Origin: Methanobacteriota archaeon
Lineage (GTDB): Archaea > Thermoplasmatota > Poseidoniia > Poseidoniales > Poseidoniaceae
Direction: 5' to 3'
NCBI GenBank assembly: GCA_018666575.1
Contig: JABIYX010000018.1
Span: 1-37,500 of the forward strand
Length of the DNA: 37,500 bases
Shown here one piece after another: positions 31,504 through 37,500 of this stretch (within the stretch, counting starts at the first letter, position 1; every line of letters starts with the position of its first letter). Made by a program: the position numbers and the translations under genes. The notes under the pieces were generated by a model that searched no databases, had not been told where the DNA came from, and worked only from the letters and a program-made list of their open reading frames with translations.

Positions 31504-33249
31504 TTACTCATGCATGAGTAGGAAGTCATCCTTTCGAATAATTGCATACCCTATGCGCTCGAGTTGAACGATTGTTCCAATCGGGTAATTGTGATGTTCT
31601 ACGCGACCTTTGATGTGCTCGATATTCTCTTGAAGTGGAAGAGTCAGTATTGCTTCTGTAGATGATTCGGCTGAAACCCAGTGAATAATCGATCGTTTAT
31701 CACTTCGTGATATGGAACCCAATTGTCCACCCTCGTCGATGTCCGCGAACTCCTTCAATCGATATGTTGGATTGTTGGCATCTTCTTGTTCAATCATTAT
31801 CTGATTATTCCGCATAGATATGATTCTCTTCCCCATGGCATCATGATTTGGATGGACTGGAATCTTGATATCGTCAGGAATGTCTCCATGGATGCTTACT
31901 GTCACAGGACTGCGGACAAAAGATAGACGTGGGGCATCATCGTCAATCCCCTTCGTATTGTGTGAGAAAAGTGTCGCTAAAGGAACAGATATGTCCTTCT
32001 GTGTGACGCCTAGTTCAATCCAGAAATTGCGTAGAGCCTCAGGTTGAATACCTCGTAATTTCAGTCCTTGAAGCGTAGGGAGTCTTGGATCATCCCAACC
32101 CGTATATTCTCCATTCTCTATCGATGCTCGCATCTTGGAGGTGGAAAAGCCACCCCATTCGTGAACTTTCACTCGTCCCCAGTAAATGGTTTCTGGATAA
32201 TTCCATCCAAAGTGTTGGTAAAGCAATGTCTGCTTTCTTGTGGAATCCATGAGATCTTTTCCACGGACAATATGGGTTACTCCTTGGAGTTGATCTTCTA
32301 CTGCACTTTGGAAATCTAATAACGGCCACACTCGATATTTGGAACCGATTCCTGGTCTTGGATGTGGGTTCTTTTCTGTATCCTGTATTCTCAAAGCTGG
32401 CCAATCTCGTAGTGCTGGATTTTTCAGTTCCATATCTGTCTTGACTCGAACCACAGCATCGCCTGGATTGTATGTGCCATCGAGCATCATGTTCCATCCC
32501 TCTACATTCAAATCTACGGATTTATCTCGACAAGGACAGTCTTGTTTTGTTTCACGGAATGTACGAAAATCTTCAGCAGGACATTGGCATATGTATCCAA
32601 ATCCTTCACTTAACATACGTTCAGCATGTTCATAATACAACGGAATTCGATCACTCGCTATGACGATACGATCTGCTGGACGCCCTAGAAGCCATTCAAC
32701 TTCCTTTGGTATGATGTCGTATGCATCCAACATTGGAGGTTTGACTGTGGTGTCAGTATCATCGAATCTAAGAATAAGTGTTCCTTTGTGTTCATGAGCA
32801 TATGTGCCGTTGATGACAACGCCACGAGCATGACCAAATGACAATGGCCCATTTGGATTAGGTGCAAATCGAAGAACAATATCCTTCCCTTCAGTATCTT
32901 TCAGTTCAGGTAATCCTTCTCTTCTTTCTTGCTTTTGTCTACCTTCAAGCAGATGGGGTGCTTCTTCTTTTAGCAGGGATTCGACGTGTTCTAATCCATT
33001 TTCTTGAGCAAGCGCATTGGCTTTTGCAACTGATTGAGCAACTAAGGGGCTAATCTGTCCTCCATGTTGACGCAAATCAGCACGTGTGCTCATGATACGG
33101 CCAATGACGGAGCCTGCGGCACCTTTTCCATCATATTCGAAAGCATTTTGCAATGAGAGATGCCAAATTAGGTTCTGAGTCTCTGCATCTGGTGACCACG
33201 ACATGAACTGGCCTAACGCCATTGCCTCATGAACTCGTTGCTTCATCAT
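31504..33249 (-). CDS. gltX: Glutamyl-tRNA synthetase, archaeal/eukaryotic (GlxRS) type
   Basis: RFAPNPNGPLSFGHARG is a HIGH-region variant. Also present: ILRFDDTD, VWPLLDFQSAVEDQLQGVTHIVRGKDL and FSTSKMRAS (KMSKS-like). The archaeal N-terminal helical extension is present (LQNAFEYDGKGAAGSVIGRIM). Starts at 33249, 33246 or 33222 are all possible. The longest overlaps the rnhB stop by 23 nt. Confidence 0.9.
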   Translation of the reverse strand: MMKQRVHEAMALGQFMSWSPDAETQNLIWHLSLQNAFEYDGKGAAGSVIGRIMSTRADLRQHGGQISPLVAQSVAKANALAQENGLEHVESLLKEEAPHLLEGRQKQERREGLPELKDTEGKDIVLRFAPNPNGPLSFGHARGVVINGTYAHEHKGTLILRFDDTDTTVKPPMLDAYDIIPKEVEWLLGRPADRIVIASDRIPLYYEHAERMLSEGFGYICQCPAEDFRTFRETKQDCPCRDKSVDLNVEGWNMMLDGTYNPGDAVVRVKTDMELKNPALRDWPALRIQDTEKNPHPRPGIGSKYRVWPLLDFQSAVEDQLQGVTHIVRGKDLMDSTRKQTLLYQHFGWNYPETIYWGRVKVHEWGGFSTSKMRASIENGEYTGWDDPRLPTLQGLKLRGIQPEALRNFWIELGVTQKDISVPLATLFSHNTKGIDDDAPRLSFVRSPVTVSIHGDIPDDIKIPVHPNHDAMGKRIISMRNNQIMIEQEDANNPTYRLKEFADIDEGGQLGSISRSDKRSIIHWVSAESSTEAILTLPLQENIEHIKGRVEHHNYPIGTIVQLERIGYAIIRKDDFLLMHE

Positions 33250-33967
33250 GCTTGGAAAACAATGTTGGTCCAGAAAGTTCTCTTCTCGGCAATGGTGTTG
33301 AATAGTTCTTCAACCAAAATCGCTCAACAGTAGCCCAAGACCAACGTATGTCATTGTGAATACCAGACTCTTTGATCAGGTCAGGCAATGCTCTCACAGT
33401 GTTTGGATCGGATGGGTAACCGCTTCCAACAGGTTTGCCAAGTTCCCTCGATATTCGCTCAATCTCCATATCTCGGACGACCTTTGCGAGGATCGATGCA
33501 CCTCCAACAATTCTGTGATTTGTGTCCGCTTTATGTTCTGCAACTATCGTCGTTTCTTGCCATGGCCAATTGTTCAGTCGTTCGGAGATTCGATTCCTAA
33601 ATCGTTCTTCGTTCACGTCACAAGCGTCGAGTAAAATATCGAGATGCTGAGCAAATGATTGATGATGACGATTGAGGATGGATGCGAAAAGGTCGACTTC
33701 TAATATGTTTAGACCCTTACCATATACTGCCGTATCAATTCGATTTGGTTGACAAATTATTGTGTCAACATACCATCCTCTCTCTTTGGCTTGTTGATTT
33801 AACCATTCGAAGTGAAGGTTGCGTTTTGCATGTGTAAGATATTTTGAATCATCGATATTCTGTTCTTCTAACATATGTTCATCTTCTTTTGGGATGGAAA
33901 GAAGACCGACAACGAGTGGTCCCAAAACGGGTCCCCTTCCTGCCTCATCTACACCGACTAGACGCAT
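33227..33967 (-). CDS. rnhB: Ribonuclease HII
   Basis: MRLVGVDEAGRGPVLGPLVVG carries the DEAGRG active-site motif. Also present: DDSKYLT, ADTNHRIVGGASILAKV and GSGYPSD, all canonical RNase HII motifs. Confidence 0.9.
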   Translation of the reverse strand: MRLVGVDEAGRGPVLGPLVVGLLSIPKEDEHMLEEQNIDDSKYLTHAKRNLHFEWLNQQAKERGWYVDTIICQPNRIDTAVYGKGLNILEVDLFASILNRHHQSFAQHLDILLDACDVNEERFRNRISERLNNWPWQETTIVAEHKADTNHRIVGGASILAKVVRDMEIERISRELGKPVGSGYPSDPNTVRALPDLIKESGIHNDIRWSWATVERFWLKNYSTPLPRRELSGPTLFSKHDEATSS

Positions 33968-33976
33968 CTTATCACC

Positions 33977-36406
33977 TCATAGATCGAACTCATCAGATTG
34001 CGTAGGCTTGGGTGATGATGGAGCTCTTACCATCTGACTCTTTGACATCAAGTTCTGTGTATCATGTCGAACCGTTCGTTCAGCTACAGGTTGTGAAAGT
34101 GGGAGGTTTTGATTTTCGTTATGTTGTCTCGCAATACCTTCTGATTGTATTGCCGATGCAAGTTCATCAATCTGTGATTTCTGTGCTTCTAATGCGTGAT
34201 GATCAAGAACAGTTGTCGCTACGTTACGAACGTCTTCTGGAAGTGGTTGTAATGCTTGAGATGGTGCTTTTGATGAGGCTTTGAATACAGCCTTAAATTG
34301 CTCAGAGGATACTTGTGGACTTTCAACGACCTTCAATTCTGTTGAGTCTTTACGTTCAAATTTTTGCAGCCAATCCCCTTCTTCCACTGGTTTTTTTTCT
34401 TCAAAATTTTGTTGAAGATGTTCTAATTCTTTTCGTTGAATACGATCACGAACTGCTTTGTTCAGCACAACAGAAGCGATTGCAACTGCCGCAATAACCA
34501 GCCACCAACCCATGAATATCTCCATTACATCAGCAGTAAATTCAGAAAATGAGTATGAGTCTCCTTCTTGTTCTGTTTTCCAACTTTCTCCCAAGAAAGC
34601 ATGTTCTATCGTGTAAATGAATTCTGTTTCAGGATCGTATATCGACCGAATAACAATGTCAAGAACAAGCGTTCCATTGGTGATTTGATTATCTGGTACA
34701 TCCGCAGTGCCTCGCAATATAAAATCCGAATCTCTTGGCAAACCATCGATTTCAAAGGTACGTGGATTCTCAACTCCATCTTCAATAATAGCGCCCTCCG
34801 GAGGATTGAATCCCATTTCCGTTGAATGTGAAGAACGAAGCAGAACGATGAGCCCATCATTGAGATTTCCACTATTTCTTAGTCGCATAGAGAAACTCAA
34901 CGTGTCGGTTGAATCCACTTCGTAGTCAGCATCTATGAATGACCAATTTACATTTGGTCCGACAAGAACATCAACTTCGTAAGTTTTCACTTCCAGCCCC
35001 TCATCGAACTTCATTTGGAAAATGACTGTTCCTTGGGTATATGCGGTTGCATTTTCATCTACCGTAATTTGGATGACATTCTGTGTCAATGCTCCAAATC
35101 TTGGTACAGTGATTCGCTCTATGGGTACGTCTACAGACGAGACAAATTCTGGAATTGAAAGTACCTGTATCAAGAATTGATCTTCAAAATTCCCTTTGTT
35201 TTCAAGTTCCAGAGTTGCAAAACAAGAATCTCCTGGCTGAAGATACAAACAATCGGTGGGCTGAATATTCTCTTCGACACTTCGAATCCAATCGATCTCG
35301 GTTTGAGCAGTCTCTTGAACACTACGGAATGGGAAATTCGTTGGCTGAATAAATAAATCAACCGCTAGAGTTCCACTTGTCTGAGGAGGGGCTTCAACTC
35401 CTATCTGAATGGTTCGAGTTTCGTTTGGAAACAAATAAACATCTTCAAATGCATTGAAAAGAGCAACTGTCCAACCATCAATTGTCAATCTATCAGCCTT
35501 TTCGAGTTGTTTCGTAACTCCATCAATAACAACATCTCCAAGCATCATTGAAATCGTATCTGGTGTATTGCCGGTATTGCGTACAATCACCTCAATTCGG
35601 TCGTTTCCACCTGGATCTAGACTTACATTGGTTTCAACAGCATCAATCGATACGTTCCTAAAAGCAGTAATCTCAAGAGAGAATTGCCAAGAGATGGTGG
35701 CATAATCGAGGCCAGAGGTCCCAATCAAAGTGAATGTTGGACCTTCATAAGCAAGTGGAGCTCCATCAATTACCAAAGGGGCCTCGACCCAAATCCGAAC
35801 AAAATCTACTGAATCTGGCAAAAGTGTAAGCGTTGAGGAATCACCAGTTACTTCGTCCATACTCCATCCCCAATTCCAACTTGAAGTTGTTTGAACGCTG
35901 AAAGTTACATCATCTGGAAGTGATGCATTGCTGGTAATATTAGTCGCAAGGTTTGTTGTAATACCTGGGTCGATCACAAACGTAGATAATTGGATGTTTC
36001 CAAACTTGATTGCTGAAGGTGCAGTAACTTCCAATGATTCATTTGAATATACGATTGTATTATCTGAAAGATCTATGATCGATATCTCTAATGTTTGGTT
36101 TCCATATGATGTTGATTGCGGGAGTGTCATAGTCCAAATGAATCGGTTTGATTCACCTGAATTGAATACAATTTCTTGGCCATCCCCCGAAAAAGTTGAT
36201 TGGAGGCCAAATTGCAATTGAAGTTTTAGTGTGGTCGTCTCTTCTCCAAGATACTCTACGTCTGCAAATTGTTGTACGGTGTCTCCAGGATATGCAATGT
36301 AATTCTCCATTGGAGTAATTTCTATACGTGCATCAGAATCTGCTGTGGCCACGAATGGCATGGTCAGTATGAACAATAGCGTGAACGCAATGCGTTTGTT
36401 GTTCAT
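33977..36406 (-). CDS. Surface protein with repeated CARDB/NEW3-like domains, a C-terminal TM anchor and a roughly 190-aa cytoplasmic tail
   Basis: Signal peptide from ATG 36406 is MNNKRIAFTLLFILTMPFVATADS. The longest ORF from 36520 adds a non-signal extension. Recurrent x-V/L-x-N-x-G-N-x-x-D strands (IEVIVRNTGNTPDTI, TLELENKGNFEDQFL, SMRLRNSGNLNDGLI) are typical of CARDB/COG1470-type archaeal envelope proteins. TM: FMGWWLVIAAVAIASVVLN. The tail is charged and low-complexity. It ends 9 nt before rnhB. Confidence 0.7.
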   Translation of the reverse strand: MNNKRIAFTLLFILTMPFVATADSDARIEITPMENYIAYPGDTVQQFADVEYLGEETTTLKLQLQFGLQSTFSGDGQEIVFNSGESNRFIWTMTLPQSTSYGNQTLEISIIDLSDNTIVYSNESLEVTAPSAIKFGNIQLSTFVIDPGITTNLATNITSNASLPDDVTFSVQTTSSWNWGWSMDEVTGDSSTLTLLPDSVDFVRIWVEAPLVIDGAPLAYEGPTFTLIGTSGLDYATISWQFSLEITAFRNVSIDAVETNVSLDPGGNDRIEVIVRNTGNTPDTISMMLGDVVIDGVTKQLEKADRLTIDGWTVALFNAFEDVYLFPNETRTIQIGVEAPPQTSGTLAVDLFIQPTNFPFRSVQETAQTEIDWIRSVEENIQPTDCLYLQPGDSCFATLELENKGNFEDQFLIQVLSIPEFVSSVDVPIERITVPRFGALTQNVIQITVDENATAYTQGTVIFQMKFDEGLEVKTYEVDVLVGPNVNWSFIDADYEVDSTDTLSFSMRLRNSGNLNDGLIVLLRSSHSTEMGFNPPEGAIIEDGVENPRTFEIDGLPRDSDFILRGTADVPDNQITNGTLVLDIVIRSIYDPETEFIYTIEHAFLGESWKTEQEGDSYSFSEFTADVMEIFMGWWLVIAAVAIASVVLNKAVRDRIQRKELEHLQQNFEEKKPVEEGDWLQKFERKDSTELKVVESPQVSSEQFKAVFKASSKAPSQALQPLPEDVRNVATTVLDHHALEAQKSQIDELASAIQSEGIARQHNENQNLPLSQPVAERTVRHDTQNLMSKSQMVRAPSSPKPTQSDEFDL

Positions 36407-36539
36407 GGCTGTGCTATGACCTATGGGATTTGAAGCCCACGGCATGATGTTCACATTAATTCCAAAGTAATATGAAGCGAAAATGGTTGGGTAATTCATG
36501 CCTCCTTTCTGGCCTTTCAAACGTTCGAAAAAAAATTCT

Positions 36540-36866
36540 ATGGAACTTGATGAAGTTGCTCCAGAAGCAATCGTTTATCGTAAGAATGAAGAGGTTCATA
36601 CAGAAAAACACGCTCAATCAATCGAAAGAAATGAGGAAGCATACAAGGATGCACTTGCTCTTTTTGGGAATGGTGATACAACTGTCACAGCATCAGAGAA
36701 TGTAGCAGATGATTACGATGGGGTCACTGACGGCAGTTTGCCTCAAGAAGAGTCTCAATGGGTTCATCATACAGATGGCTATCATTACAAGAAAAATGCA
36801 GACGGAACCTTTCTTCCAACAGCCCATGTGAAGCAAGAAGATGGTTCCTATGTACCTTATTCCTAG
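36540..36866 (+). CDS. Hypothetical small acidic protein
   Basis: 108 aa from MELDEVAPEAIVY. The longest ORF from 36498 would begin inside the upstream extension (36407-36520) of the divergent longest ORF, a stretch I treat as non-coding promoter space. No TM segment and no recognisable motif. Its stop overlaps the SRAP stop (CTAG). Confidence 0.4.
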   Translation: MELDEVAPEAIVYRKNEEVHTEKHAQSIERNEEAYKDALALFGNGDTTVTASENVADDYDGVTDGSLPQEESQWVHHTDGYHYKKNADGTFLPTAHVKQEDGSYVPYS

Positions 36867-37492
36867 TCAAACAATGTCCGAATTGGCAGAGTCAGGCCTA
36901 CGCCTTGGGCTGTTGTTGCATTCACCTTTCTGTCAACTGGATGGAGTCCAATTTGCGATTGACTGGATTCAAATGTAGCAGATTTAAGCCATTGACTCAT
37001 AGAGTTTTCAGGGATGATGACTGGCATTCTATCATGAATATGAGAAATGTATTCACTTGAAGATGTTGTCAGAATGCAAAAACTTCGCTTTGTGACAGTA
37101 TCGTCGGACCAGTCATCATAAATCCCTGCCAAAAATATTGTGGGTTCATCTTTCGAATAGTGATAAAATGGTATCTTCCCACGAGGTGTGGTTTTCCATT
37201 CATACCAGCCATTTATCGGGATCAGGCACCGCTTATTTTGAAAAGAATCCCTGAACATAGGTTTCTCTGATACCGATTCTATCCTTGCATTAATCGGTTC
37301 CATTGAGCTCATTTTACTCCATGAAGGACGGAATCCCCATCGCATAGGTTTGATGTTCAGTGTATTTTTTTCCATCAACAAACATGGAACTTCATCTTGG
37401 GGTGATATGTTGTAATTGGGTTCAATTTCAGGTATGTCGATGAGAAGTGATTCCGGCCAATGCTCTCCATTGAAAGCAAAGCGGCCGCACAT
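36863..37492 (-). CDS. SOS-response-associated peptidase (SRAP/YedK/HMCES family; abasic-site DNA-protein crosslink)
   Basis: The N-terminal MCGRF supplies catalytic Cys2. Also present: INARIESV, RCLIPINGWYEWK and HDRMPVII, all family signatures. Confidence 0.85.
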   Translation of the reverse strand: MCGRFAFNGEHWPESLLIDIPEIEPNYNISPQDEVPCLLMEKNTLNIKPMRWGFRPSWSKMSSMEPINARIESVSEKPMFRDSFQNKRCLIPINGWYEWKTTPRGKIPFYHYSKDEPTIFLAGIYDDWSDDTVTKRSFCILTTSSSEYISHIHDRMPVIIPENSMSQWLKSATFESSQSQIGLHPVDRKVNATTAQGVGLTLPIRTLFD

Positions 37493-37500
37493 ATCAACAC

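Noticed and set aside
34391-34398. A T8 run (A8 on the coding strand, EEKKPVEE) in the cytoplasmic tail of the CARDB-like gene and an A8 run at 36528-36535 in the divergent spacer, considered as phase-variation sites.
   Set aside because: A/T runs are expected in an AT-leaning genome and in Lys-rich or promoter sequence. Unlike the G7 tracts, they are not compositionally surprising.
1-37500. A search by eye for tRNA, rRNA, CRISPR arrays, IS or transposase, integrase, prophage, restriction-modification, toxin-antitoxin or other defence hallmarks, and for inteins or frameshifted pseudogenes.
   Set aside because: No spacer exceeds about 160 nt. No repeat-spacer periodicity, recombinase or nuclease defence motifs were seen. 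All large ORFs are intact. The small unknown ORFs (16574-17014, 28572-28922, 36540-36866) have no toxin- or antitoxin-like features, so I do not call a defence island.

Overview
This window is a compact archaeal chromosomal segment. My gene calls leave about 1 kb of intergenic DNA in 37.5 kb, so it is about 97% coding. Archaeal markers are an S13e-type ribosomal protein uS15, an ArcS-like archaeosine synthase, an archaeal-type GluRS, RNase HII, a UPF0201-like protein, class-III (type IV pilin-like) N-termini, and Shine-Dalgarno-led TTG/GTG starts. The very acidic secreted proteins and the giant thrombospondin-type-3 (TSP3) repeat protein suggest a planktonic marine euryarchaeon (Poseidoniales/MGII-like). 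That assignment is inference only. I found no rRNA, tRNA, CRISPR array, IS element, integrase, or recognisable defence or toxin-antitoxin gene. Housekeeping genes present are dnaJ, arcS, rps15, gltX, rnhB, an SRAP peptidase, a GT2 glycosyltransferase, a CBS protein and an MBL-fold hydrolase. The most unusual content is the left 17 kb (624-17845), which holds two divergent operons made almost entirely of envelope proteins. The minus-strand operon encodes an MBL hydrolase and three translationally coupled pilin-like proteins, one of 729 aa, with no pilus ATPase, platform or prepilin peptidase in the window. The plus-strand operon encodes a 1913-aa TSP3/propeller giant, a 1794-aa membrane-anchored giant, a small cytoplasmic protein and a metzincin-like lipoprotein. 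I propose this as a candidate undescribed surface appendage or adhesion module. Other notable points: a pyroglutamyl-peptidase/Nudix fusion; a degenerate DHH (RecJ/Cdc45-like) protein next to rps15; several single-pass surface proteins with large cytoplasmic tails or cytoplasmic zinc ribbons; and all six convergent gene junctions have stop codons overlapping, abutting or at most 4 nt apart.
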